This document shows, one piece after another, positions 41,595-54,100 of a stretch of 64,000 bases of DNA. The number at the start of each line of letters is the position of its first letter. Within the stretch, counting starts at the first letter, position 1. Under the pieces are notes generated by a model. The model made no database searches. It worked only from the letters and a program-made list of their open reading frames with translations, and had not been told where the DNA came from. Source of the stretch: Microbotryum violaceum (taxonomy: Eukaryota); assembly GCA_001244265.2 (NCBI GenBank), contig CDLV01000012.1:620001-684000 (forward strand). The letters run 5' to 3'. The position numbers were made by a program, and so were the translations under genes.

Positions 41595-43415
41595 TCAACG
41601 AGAGCTCTCTAGATCCTTTTCCCCGTCTTTGGACGCCACCACCTCTCCATCCACATTTTTCTCCCCCGCCAAGGCCACCGCATCTCTCCTATCGACCCTC
41701 CTCTTCCAAGCGCGCAGAATTACAACCAACCCCTGCCCTAACGCTACTTGACTCCCTTGATAAAGCACCAAAGGTAACTTGACCAAACTCTGATGCTCCG
41801 CCGATTCAGCACCATACATAATCGAAGCGATCGGACCACCTAAGGAAACGCCTTTAGCTGAACCGAGGAATATAAGCGCTATGGTTGTAGAGGGGTCGAA
41901 GAGGGTTTCGTGAGGGAGGAGGCGGAGAAGGTTGGGAGAAAGCGCGATTTGGTGGAGTATGTGAGGTGTAGGAATGGGGTGTGCCTTGCTAAGAGCATAA
42001 GGAAGAGGGCGTGGAAGGCGAAGAGGCCGACTGAGTGGGGTTGAGGGCGCGGTCCTTGTCAGTTCGCCGTTTCGAGGAAAGGGGCTCTGACGTAGATCGG
42101 TATTGATCCACTATCGACCAAGACGATGAAAGCGACTGTACCGACCGTAATCTTAGTGAAAACGTTTTCGTAGAACGCTCCCGAGAAGGTGGACCAGATG
42201 ACACCCAGCAGACATAAGGATGATAACTTGGCGAGGTGACAATGCGTCCGGATCCACTGAATTTGGTGGATAAAAACGGATTGGAGCACTTCACCGACGA
42301 CGAGGGGGATGAAGACGGTGAAGCCGAGCTGTGATCGGATATGTTTCGTTAGCCTCCACGGAACGAACTGGACCAATGCTGAAGCTGCTCACCTGCTTCA
42401 AAACCTTCAGATAAATATCCGCCGTCCCGCCCGAGCCCGAAGTCCTAGGTGCGCAAAAAGCCCAAGGCCCACTCATGAAAGCGTTCAGCAAAGCCGGTGT
42501 GAGGGAGACGCCGAGGGTGTTGCCAAAGATGACTTCGATCATTGCGGCGGATTCGTCGCCTCCTGCTTGATCGGTCATCACCACGTTACTTGCCTGGACA
42601 TGAGGGAAGCGCGAGCGAGCGGAGAATTTGAGCCAGATCTCACGCGGCGCTGTGAGAGTGCTTCAGTGATGCTTACGACAGTAGTCGGCACGCATCCCAT
42701 GACGACCATTCCTACCAAAGCCCACTCATTTAGTTTTGTATAAGTTGGGTCCGCGGCTCGCACAATATTCACGATCACGTAGACGACGGTCGGGAAGAAG
42801 AGGAAGCTGTAGGCTTGAGTGACGAGGTGGAGCTTGTAGTCGCGCGCTCGCTTGACAATCTTGTGCAGGGGGAGGGAGAGGCCGGATACAAAGAAAATGA
42901 TGGCGACGAGGAGGTACTGTGGTGCAGCGGGATGCGAGAAGCTGGACTTTGATCAGATCTCGCCACGATGAAAATTCGAGCCCTGGAGCATGTGGTCATG
43001 GACTCACGTTCACGGACCACTGAGCGTGAACGATACCCCCTTCTCTTCCCACGTTCGGAAACGACTAAAATATAATTTAAAGAGGATGTATTTAGCTCCC
43101 AGACGTACGCAAGCATGCTCGGCAAGCAGCTCGCCGAGTGTGGAGTAGGTGGAGTTGACTCACGTGAGCAAGCCCGATCACGAACCCGATCCCGATCAGA
43201 AACCACTGGTGCAGCATCGTCTGCCCAATCCAAACCACTGCGTTCCGACGCCTTTCTTTGATTGAAGGCGGGCTACTTGTTGGCTCGGTCAATGTTGCTG
43301 AATCATCGGAATCGCACGTCCCGGTCTCGGTCCGTCCGCCGACTCGGATTTGAGATTGCGAAGGCGACGATTCGAGCGAAGAAGCACTGGCGCGACTGGT
43401 TGGTTGGGCTGTCAT
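41595..43415 (-). CDS. SBF-like (SLC10A7/RCH1) bile acid:Na+ symporter family transporter, multi-exon
   Basis: QWFLIGIG, IFFVSGLSL, GCVPTTV|ASNVVMT, GNTLGVSLTP and FLGSAKG motifs, with multiple TM segments. Confidence 0.87.
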
Positions 43416-43881
43416 CGCAGCAGTATCAGGTTTGGAGGAGCTGTCTTGCCAGCGGCGGTTCCAGTGGTGTGGCCTGTGTCATGGTGGCTTTGATGGAAGG
43501 AACAAGAGAAGACAAGAACAGCCCGGTCCGATCCGGTTCGGCCAGCCGGAACGATTCGGAAGCTGAGCGCCACACTCGTCTCGGCGATCGGTGTGGATCG
43601 GGCAACCCCGAGAGGAGGCACTGCCGTGATGCCCACGCACCGCGGCGCAGGCAGTGCCCTCATGTAATGCAATGCAACACCTAGTCGTACGACACACCGT
43701 TATCATCGTATGACATGGCATGGCCGGCATTCATAAACTAGACAAATAGGTACCGCAGATCAGGAGGACAAGTCTAGGTGTACAGGGTTGTTCAACTTGA
43801 AGAAGAAAACTGCTGAGTTACGACTGGTCGGGAAACAAACGACCCCGGGCGACAGCGACAGAGGGAGCGCGCAGACAAAAG

Positions 43882-45643
43882 TTACACGAGGGCGCCCCAA
43901 GCCCCAAGAGCGGCAAAGAGCAAGAATAGCAAGATGATCAGGGTTATGTACGAGATGGCTGGGATACCGACGTGGCGAACACGTAGGATCCACATCATCG
44001 AAAGGAGGATGTGCACGACCACGACCACGCCAAAGGTCGGCCACATGGGGAACGCGATCAATGTCGGCGCCGAGGTTCGGAACGGGAGCGAGAGCACTAA
44101 CGCCGCCACGAGTGAGAGCAAGATACTGTAGAAAGACTCCGTCGTCAGTTGACGAAAGCTCCACGACTTCTGAACGATAGCACTCACGAGTCGACTCTCC
44201 AGACCACGACCACCGCAACCGGAATCTCGTAAAGCGGCACACCGAGCTGCGCCTCGAGCTGTTCTCTCTCCAGAGCCCGGATCCTCGCATCCAAGTCGGC
44301 ATCACTCGTCTCCCTGTCCAATCGTTCCTCAACCGCTCGGTCGAAAGCGGAGGTGTTGACGACTGTACGATCGTGTGACTTGTCCATTCCGTTCCCACCT
44401 GCAGCGTTGGTGAGAGATCCCGTACCGTACTCGGTCGTAGTCGAGTGTCCAAGCAGTGGCTCAACCGAGTCACCCCCTGCGGCTTCTTCGTCCGTGTCTT
44501 CCCCGAGAACATCGTCATACAACCGCATTCGTCGCCAAAAGTCCCGCGTGCCCTGCAAACGTCATAGACCGAAAGAGGTGAATATTGATAAGCAGTCAGC
44601 AACCTTTGCGTCCAAGGGTGTGGTGAGACACCCCGACCTCGACTGACCCAGATGATCTCAACCAGTGCCCACCCCATAGCGAACCATAGTGCCGAAAAGA
44701 ATAGAACGTCCAACGGAGGCAAAGGGAGTCTCGTCGGCTCGTGAGGGTAGCGGTGGCCCCTTCTCGGCGGTGAAGGCGGCTGAGGCATCCCTCCCTGGGG
44801 TGTGACGACCTCGGGATCTGGCAGCAAGGCCACGACGAGGATGATGGCGCCCAATCTCAGTAGTTCTTGCAGCACGGCGTGGACCGAGGTGGGCAGAACG
44901 AGACCGGTCCCCGGCGTCGGTACCCCATCCGGATCCTTACTCTCCCACGTCAAAAGCTCGAACACGACTTGTTTAAGCGCCTCGCCAGCGAGCCAAGCCG
45001 AAGCACCGATGATGAGCTCGGCGAACCGTATCTCGTGATTCCACCATGCGAGCAGGACGAAAGCCAAAGTGACGAGCACGCCCGAGACAGCAAACTGGAT
45101 GTAGTGCGCTCGCTGGAACGCTCGGCGCGTCGGGCACGCCTCGCAAATGGACGACTCGGACGAGCCGGACCCTTCGCATGAGCCGCTTTCGGCCGATTCA
45201 TGGGATGCGTTCGACGATGCTACAGAATGCGAGCGTGTTCGTACGAGGACCGTCGAAGCGAGCTGAGGCTGAACCGGAGGCTGAGGTGGGGCCGCTGCGA
45301 ACCGGGGCGGAGGAGGTGCGGCACTGTTGTGAGTCGAAACACCGGCCGACGAGTGGGTAGATGAGCTCGACTCCATAGCACGAGGTTCAGGGTGAAGAGA
45401 TACGTAGACGGGTGCGGGTGCGGGTGCGGGTGCGGGTGCGTGTACCGCGGGAACGACAAGTGCGGTGGCTTCGGGCAGATGGGTAGACGAGGCAGCCGCC
45501 GGCGGGGGAGGTGACATGGCTCGTGCTCCAGGTACGAACGTGAATGCGGCAGCATGTGGATTGAGAGACGAGTGACCTCCATTCGCTCGGGGACTGGTCG
45601 CTCGCAATAGCGGCGAGCGTTCATTCGAGCCTACGGTAGCCAT
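43882..45643 (-). CDS. Uncharacterised multi-pass membrane protein with disordered N-terminus, about 3 exons
   Basis: ATG at 45643 (MATVGSNERSPLL, dileucine-like sorting signal). About 7 hydrophobic segments. Introns near 44646-44553 and 44187-44128. Confidence 0.7.
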
Positions 45644-45865
45644 CGTATTGTCGTCGTCGGCTGCGAAACGTCCGACGGAGAGTTCGACGCGTGCTTGCGG
45701 AGGCGGTCCACGGAACGCAATTCTTGTCGAGGTTGTTACGAGTCTACTGATCGCGCTTGAAGAGAGTAGAAGCCGATCTTGCCAAAATAGTCTAGGCGTC
45801 GATTGAGCACTGCTGGCGAGAGCAAGAGGCACGTCGCGTGAGTGCTTGCCGAGTTCCGTCGGAAG

Positions 45866-45945
45866 GAAAACGCGCGCCACTAGCGCCGACCCCAGCTTAT
45901 GCTGACTGTTTGAAAACGCTCCTTCGTCGATTACGAAAACGCGTT
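45866..45945. promoter_or_regulatory. Three GAAAACGC repeats, one containing an MCB-like ACGCGT, upstream of the membrane-protein gene
   Basis: Copies at 45866, 45912 and 45935. ACGCGT at 45939-45944. Confidence 0.3.
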
Positions 45946-48900
45946 CAATCGTGCGTTTGTCTCGCCATCTCGGTGTTTACTTATCGCGGGGGCCAATGTT
46001 GAGCTTCGGACTGAGTCCAGAAAGGCAGCGTACATCAGGTGATGTCCGTTTATCAGTCTCGTAGCCTTGGATATTGAACGGCCAAGCTGAGAAAGCTCCT
46101 CCGAATCGCGGACCGGTCTGCACGAGTGTACGGCATGATGCCGGATTCTTCACGGCCGACCTTGTCGATAAACCAATACATTGGCCGACTCGATCAAGAT
46201 AGGGTACGCAGTAGGCAAAATGTGACTGCATCGGATTACCACATACCGAAGGAGAAAGGCACGAGCGTGTGCGCCATTCGCGCGGGCCTTATCAGGCTTC
46301 AGCAGCTGACAGGGGCTGGGCGGAACGGATTCCTAGTCGAAAAGCATCGAAAAGTGTTATGAAGGAGGGACTTCAATTTCGGAAAAAAATGTTTTCAGTT
46401 TTGCCACAATTGCGCAGAAACGGGCTCCAAAGTACTCCGCAACTTGCACCGGCGCCTGCCTCGAGGCGACCGTTACATAGGCAACAGCCTGGGGTTCAGG
46501 GGTCCCTCATTCTCAGACAAGCTGGAATCTCGGTATGCACGTTCTCGTCTCACGGGACCCAACTAAAAGGCTAATAAGCATCGAGGCGACTCGATCGTTC
46601 ACTGCTGTCAAGCAAGAGCCTCTAGTAACCGTTTCCTGACAGGATGTCTCAATGATCCATACTTTGGTAAATCGGGAGGCGCTGCCACTCCGCCGGAGGG
46701 CGCCGCAGTCCGTCGGTGAATAAGCTTATCTTTCGGGCAGAGGAGGTGAAGTGCTACCGTAAGCAAGCTAATGACAAGATGTGAGACGTCCAGGAGCCCG
46801 ACATTTGTGAGATTGGCGGCCGGAAAGGAGTGACTGGGACCGATGAGACAGATATGGTGAGCCGTGTGTGGAAGTGAGTCAGTTTCACCGACGAGACCGT
46901 TTTCAGGTACCCTCGCGCGCGGCGCGAGCCGCCCGCCCGTTGGCCAATTGGCCGCGCCAGGCATGTCTAAGCTCAGTGACTCAGAGGATGAGACTGAGAC
47001 AGCCGCACTTCACACACGCAGGTGAAGCGAGGACTTTGTCTCGACTCTTCGTCGCAGATGAAGTCTCGGCGTTATTCATGCGAGAAGTGAAAGATGTGTC
47101 GAACAACATGGATGGAGAGATAAATCACGTTGACAACAATAGAAAACACGCGGGCGGGCCTGAACGCACTTGCGTCTACGCTAGAGCGACCGAGTCGACG
47201 CGGACAGGAGTCGAACGTCGAGTGGTTCCGACAGCTCGGGCTTCTCCCGCGCAGCGGCAATGGTCGTGTTCGTAAATGTATCGGTGCTTGCACAACGTTC
47301 CTAAGGTAGTACCGACAATCCCACCTGTTTAGATTGGTAGATACTGTATTGTGAAACACAGCACTGACGATAACTTTGGCTATCGAGACTTGCTTTCTCT
47401 CGTTACGAACGACGAACAGGTCAGGCGTGGACAATCTGGCTTGCTCAGCTGAATTATCGAGGCTACAATTTGTTTAGGAACAGGCTCTCTCTGAAGCGAG
47501 TACGTAAAGCGTAAGTACTGCTTTCGTAACCATGGTTTGTACTCAGGCACTCGCCGCGCCAATTTTATCTTATTTCGCCTCGGATGCTTTGGTCTAATCC
47601 CGACATAAGTCTGCCCATCTGGTACCTGAATGACGGCATTCGCGTAGAGCCTTGAGAGTAATACTTACAGTGCTATACGTGGTAAGTTGTTCACAATCTT
47701 CGCTGTACCCATTAAAAGATCATCCACCGCTGCCGAGTGAAACCGATCGTTCTCGGATCCGCAAACCGAAACGCGGCGTCGCCGACTTACGGTGCCGCGA
47801 AACCTGCCGGCCCTGGTGTCGTACGACGATAATTCAGCAGGCGGTTGCGCTAGAAATTGGAGGCGGGCAGACCCTAAGGTGCAAATTGTCTCGCGTGAGT
47901 GAGCCGAGACGGAGTAGTCGTCCAGTATTTCTGCTACAGGGCACAGGGCACAGAAGACATCACTGCCAGTGAGAGTCGGGTCAGATAGTGTAGGGAGCCC
48001 AAATCCACTGAGGGACGTTCGTGGAGGCTGGGCCTGAAAATCACAGGAAAAGACGGCTATTATTGATGCATGGTATTCCTAGTTAAGAAGCTGAGTGTTT
48101 CCCGTTCATTGCCAGCTTTAATCACTCATTCGGATGGTCAATTCGTCGGGATCCAAATTATCCGCAGCTGCCGCGCGCGCTCCGCTTCCTCAAGTCCTTG
48201 GGAAGCGTTACAATTCCTCATCTTGTTCTTCGTTGCGACCGTTGCCAGGTTTTCTTTGTTCAAACTTATTGCTGACTGCGCCTCCATGCTGGGAAGCTAC
48301 GGAAAGTCGCTGACTCGCCCAACGACGACCATCGACGTGGTCTGGGGAAGGCGAGGTTGCGGTCCCTTCGATGAAGATTGTATCGCGTCATGGCGCCCAC
48401 AGACTGTATGATCCGATGCGATCAGGGGATCGAGAGAGCGTAGGGTTTGTAGTCGTAAGGATGAACTCCTCGTGCAATGATAGGGTAGTGAAATACAATC
48501 GGCGATGGCTAACTTCGGAGGCAAGGCCAGCAAAGTGGGGGTGGACGGGGCAGGGTGTACCCCACCGGCCATATAATGCCAGTGGGGCCCCCTTGGCGTC
48601 GAGTCGATTGCAGCAAGGGCTCTAAGGTCATGGGTGACAATTTGAGATGAAATGAGCGGAGCCGAGGCGCGAGGCTGAGCTGACGTGAACGCAAAGGTGT
48701 GGGAAGGAAGAGGTAGTAGTAAGCGCGTCCCATTTTCGCACGGTCCAAACTCAAGGTTCACATCAACACCTTAGTATTATAGGAATTTCAGGTTTGGAGT
48801 ATGCGATACGGCAACCCTGACTGGTCCATGACAATCCGGGGTTACAAGCAACCCTTCTTTTCATCGGAGGCCGGCTACCAATTGAAGCCTGGGCCGGACT

Positions 48901-49484
48901 CGCAGTGATGAAAAATTGCCTTGCGAGTTAGCTCGATTTTCCGAGAATGGCTGGTGCGCGCGCGGGCGCGAGCCCGTAGGGCTCCGATCACTTCCAGTAG
49001 TAGGGCGGTTCCAATCGTTCTATCGTAGTAGTGTGCGTCTTGCAGGTTTCATTGTCGCACCAGCCTACCTACCTGGCTGCGCCTATCCGTCCATCTCTTT
49101 CTCTCTCCTTGCGAGACTTGAACACTTGCCGGGCCCGATCAATCCTTCGCAGCATCCCGCCCCACCGCCGACCCCTTTGTTGGCAAGACATCACACGTCA
49201 CGCCCTGGTCCTTAACGCCGGTGGTCTCTAACCGTAACTGAAAAATCAATTGAGCAAGTGCGCGCGTCCGCGGCGGAAGAGCGAATCGCGATCGGTCGCA
49301 CCGCTGGCGGCCCCGTCTCAAGTTTGTCTCAGTCCGAGTCTGGTCCAACCTCGTCAAGGGCCGCTCGTGCGCCAACTTGCCCACTTACGCGCTTTCGCCT
49401 TGTCCTCGCACGCTCTCTCTCTCTCGTCTCTTGGGTTGCATATCGTTTCAAGTGAGCGGTCCAGCTCGCAACCCAACAGTGACG

Positions 49485-50686
49485 ATGGACATCAACGACC
49501 AGTTTGGCGGGGATGCGGTGGCCGCAGAGGTGGCGTTCGTCGACGGGACTCATCCAGCGCTGGCTGGTAACGGTGCATCGGCGGGGGCCACTTCAGCGAG
49601 GCAGCAACATCGACGGCACGACTCGGGCTCGTCCGCTGCCTCGAGCTCGTCGACCACACCCCGTCGAGCATTACCAAGGAGCCCGACCTCCCCCTCGATG
49701 GCTCAAGACTTGAACAACGCCGTCCACGCCCCTCGACGGAGCAATGCTGCGAACGGCGCCGCGAGTCAGACTGGCCCCAAGGGAGTGCTCGCGGACTGGC
49801 ACGCGTTGAACGAGGCTGGCGTCAGTGCGACATCCAACACGGGACCCAAGGGGTCTTGAAAGACTACAAGAGCTCGCAACAACAACAGCAACACCCGCAT
49901 CAACAGATCGGACTGCACAACCGCCCACCGTCCCCTACGGCGCGCATGATGGCCGTGGCGTATTCACTTGATTTGGACGGTCACGACTCTGCGGGAGGCG
50001 AGCACGACGTGCGCTTGCTGGTCGGTGACGAGGCCGCACGGGAGCTGTACAGGCGGCAGAGGATCACCGAGCTTATGGGTAGTGGGGAAAGGAAGGAGAC
50101 AAAGCAGAAGAGAAAGTTTGGGCACCTGCGGGAGATTGGGTTCGAGCAATTCGTGGCCGCGGTCGAGGATGAGGCCGACGACGTCGCGGTTGTCGTTCAT
50201 TTGTACGAGCCAGTGAGTGCCACTGCTTGTCGATGGCTGAGCCGATCGGCGGATTATTGATATTAACCACCACTTGTGAGCCACCGCAGGATATCGAGGC
50301 GTGCACGCAACTGAATACGCACCTCTCGTCGATCGCTCGGTCGTATCCGCGGACCAAGTTCCTGCGCGCGCTCGCCACGGATCTCGATTTCGCCGCCAAC
50401 GCCGAGGAGCACGCTCTGCCGACGGTGTTGGTGTATCGAGGGGGCGAACTGGAGACGAGCTTGATCCGGTTTGACCAGGAGTGGGATCAGGGGACGCGGA
50501 GTGACGTCATCCAGCTGCTCACCAAGTCAGTCTCTGGGGCCCGGTCTTTGACCGCGACCTCGCGTGCACTTCTTTTAGCTTACCCTCGAAGCTCCTTCCT
50601 TGCCTTTCTCTTGCAGCTGCGATGCCATCTCTGGATCACCCATCATGCGGTCTCGCTTTGACCGCTTTACCGACGAGGATGAATGA
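49485..50686 (+). CDS. Phosducin-like protein (PhLP1 type) with an apparent frame break near 49851
   Basis: TGPKGVLADW, FGHLREIG, VVVHLYEP, YPRTKFLRALA and LPTVLVYRGGEL. The two ORFs are in different frames. Confidence 0.85.
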
Positions 50687-51177
50687 GAGCACCGTGGTTC
50701 TTGTTCTGCAACACCGTCTACTTCCCCTTCCATATGGTATCTGCTATCAGCCATCAGTACATAACAATATTCCTCGCATCTACTTTTATTTTGTTTGTTA
50801 GCAAAATTACTGCAGCAATTGTATCGCATTCATACCCTCTCCCCTCCCCTGTTTGTCTGCGGGAAGAGTTGGTGCATGGTCGAAGAGTTCAAGGACAGCC
50901 AGAGAGGGCTGTGCGCACTGATCGGTTTGTCTCGCGTTACCCCACCGAGCTGGACGTCTCACCCGCGTTCAATCATACGGTTCCAGTTCAACTGTCGATA
51001 ATCGCACTCGAGTGCTTAGTCACCTCGACCCAAGTGACGTGCTATATCGTACGTTGCCCGCCAACGAGTGGTAGCCTAGCACACGACATACCCTCGGCAG
51101 CCCTCGGCACTTGGCACTCGGCACTCGGCAGTCGACTGCTCGCACTCGGACGCCACCAGCTCCGCCCCCGTCCCGGG

Positions 51178-54100
51178 ATGGACCCCTTGACGACCGGTTC
51201 GGCCAGCGCACTTTCACCTGTACCTGCATCTGAGCCAACACCTACGCCTGTACCTACAACCGAGACGACACCTGCAGCGGTCGTGTTGTCCCCATCGACG
51301 ACGCCGGTGCCGACCGCGTCCAAGTCGAGTGATCGAACACCGTCACCGCTTTCGGCTGCTGCGACGTCCTTCATCGGCACTTCCGATACGACCGACCTCC
51401 CGAGTTCACCTCTTGCATCTTCTGCCACCCCCGCACCCCCCCTCAGTTCTGACGCACCGGTTGCGGCTGTCTCGGACCCGGAAAACGTCATCGCGCCGGC
51501 GCCGCAGTCATCGTCGAACGGACTGGTGCTCCCTCCCGCGCCACATCGACGACCACGACGACGGCATGCGCCTCCGCTCAAGGGGATTCTCAAACCGCCA
51601 ACTGCCTCGTCCAAGACGTTCTCGTTTCGAAGGGATATTCTTCAGTCGTTCAACTCGAGATTGGCCTACGCGACCAGTCTCAGCGCCAATACCACCGCCG
51701 CTGCCGCCGCTGCTGCTGCTGCCTTGTCGTTAGCTTCGTCTCAGGACCGGCAAGGCCATCCGGACGGCAGCACACCAGCTTCGGTTGTGCCCGCTGCGGT
51801 GGCTTTAGGGAACGGCGTCGAGACGTTCAAGAATGTTGTCACGGCAGCCGCAGGGACGGGACACGGCGCTGCCGCCGCCGCGGGTGGCTTCTTTGGCTCG
51901 GCCTTTAAGAGGTTCAGCACCGGCGTGAGCAACGTCGCGACCGGTGGGCATGCAGCTCCGTTGCAACGCGATCTGACCGACGATCCACCGACACCACCCC
52001 ACCGTGAAGAGCGGTATGCCCCTGTTCTCGGAGCCGACATAGCAAGCTCGGTCCTGCACCTCCCAACCGAATCCGCGACCCAGGATCCTGTCTCTCAAAC
52101 CGAGCACAAATTATCACACGGTGGTCCGGCACCCCATACCCCAGCTCGTGCAAATGCCACCTCCGGTAAAGCCGCCACGTCCCCGTATGCGACCATACAC
52201 GCCTCGGCTCATGCCCCGTCCTCGACCTCTCTCTCGACCCCACCGGCTCCCCCACCCCTCTCGGTCGAGGAGTTGAAGCGGGTTCGGTTCCGCATGGCGA
52301 CCCTCAAGGTCGTATACCCTATTAATGGACCTAATGGCCCGATAGCACCTTATGAAGAATCTCGGACGAGGAAAAGGTTAGCCAAAGGGGATCGATGGAC
52401 TCGTTAGGCAGCTGATCGTGTGATCGAAGTGGGGCGCTTGCGAAAGCTAAACCCGATTGGTATGACTCCGCAGAATCAACTTCGCGCATCGCGAATCGCA
52501 GCAATTGAAAGCGTCTGAAGGGGGTGATGCCAAGGGTTGGACCGGGGAAGCGCTCGGCAAGTTGTACGCCGAGTGTTGTCGCACGAGGGAGGAGAGGCCC
52601 AACGAGAGGCTCAGGCGGATCTTTGTGGTGCGTAGGCTGCTGGAACCGTACCTCGTGTGGTGTGAACTCGCTGACAAGTATTCATCAAAGGACCACCCCG
52701 TGGCGCCTCCTCGAGTGTTGGATCTGACAAACGAACCACTGACGCATGGAGCCGTCGAAGCGCTGTCGGATCTGCTGAGCGTCGACTTTGGGCTCAAGAA
52801 GTTAGTGTTGGAGAACTGCGGGATAGACAACGATGTGCGTACCTTGCTGACAGGTGTTCACCTGTTGAGACGAGCACCTGAATTGAGTTTTCAATGACCA
52901 ACATTCCACAGAGCATCCGGCCTCTCGTCCACGCTCTGCTCGTCTCGGGCTCCATCCCCACCATCAGTCTCGCCAACAACCGTCGGATACGCAACAAGGG
53001 CTGGAAATACCTCGCCATCTTTATGCGCAAGGCCAGTTTCTTGCGCTACATCGACCTATCCGAGAACGTCGTCGATCGCAAGACGACCGAGTTTATTCTG
53101 CAGTCCTTGGTACCCCATACTATTGCGTCATTGCCTCCTGCACCCGTCAATGGGCTCAATTCCGCCCCCGCGGTCAACGGTCACGAGCCGAATCCGGAGG
53201 GGGGTGTTCGGGGGGAGGACAAGGATTTGCCCGACCAGCCACCAAGAGAGACGGAAACCGAGCCTGAGGCGGAAAAGGGGGAACAGGAGGAAGCGGTCGA
53301 TGAGGAAGGGGAGCTCGACGAAGAACTGCAACCGACGTTCTCGGTTGCACCGTTATTGAAAGAGGATCCGACGAATCGGGCGGGGTCGGTCGTTTCGATG
53401 CGATTGGAGAACTGTGGGCTCAAAGGGGCGACGTTGGAGGCCTTGGGTGAGTGTATGCTGTATGCGAACGATGGTCGCTAAATCGTGGTCTGAGCTGAGC
53501 ATGACGACTCTTCTCCTTTGTAGCCCATGGAATCCGCTCTTCGACGCTCAAGCATCTTTCGATTCGCCGCAACCGGATACAACCTCTCGGCGGTGTCGCA
53601 CTGGCCATCATGATTCGTGACTATCCCATTGCCGCCGACCACCATTCTGAACAGGACCTGAATTCGCCGTCCATGCTCTCCTCTCCGACGATCAAAAATT
53701 CGCTGAGCTTGTTCGAAGGCGGCAACTCGGTCACGGCGCGACTGGCGCTGCGCGAACCCTTCACAAAACGAACACCGCCCTCGAACGGAGTTGCTACTGC
53801 CCCTGCGCCGTCGACGACCGAACCCGAAGGTTTTGGACGCTTGACCACCAATGGGCACGGTCCCTCCGAGGCGACGCTCAAGTTACGGAGACAGATAGAG
53901 GAGCTGCCCCGGATGGGCTCGCTGTTGACCCTCGACGTCAAAAACAACGACCTGCGTCACGGGGTGACGTACGTCGCCCAGGTGCTCAAGCGCAATCGCA
54001 CACTCAAGGTGCTGAACCTGAGCGAGAACAAGATCGATATGCAAGGGCTGGTCGCGATTGCGGAAGCACTGGTACGTTTACTCTAGAGCGTGTAGCGCAG

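Noticed and set aside
50683-51177. Upstream extension of the LRR ORF from the ATG at 50683
   Set aside because: Overlaps the phosducin-like stop and its AT-rich 3' UTR. ATG 51178 is more plausible.
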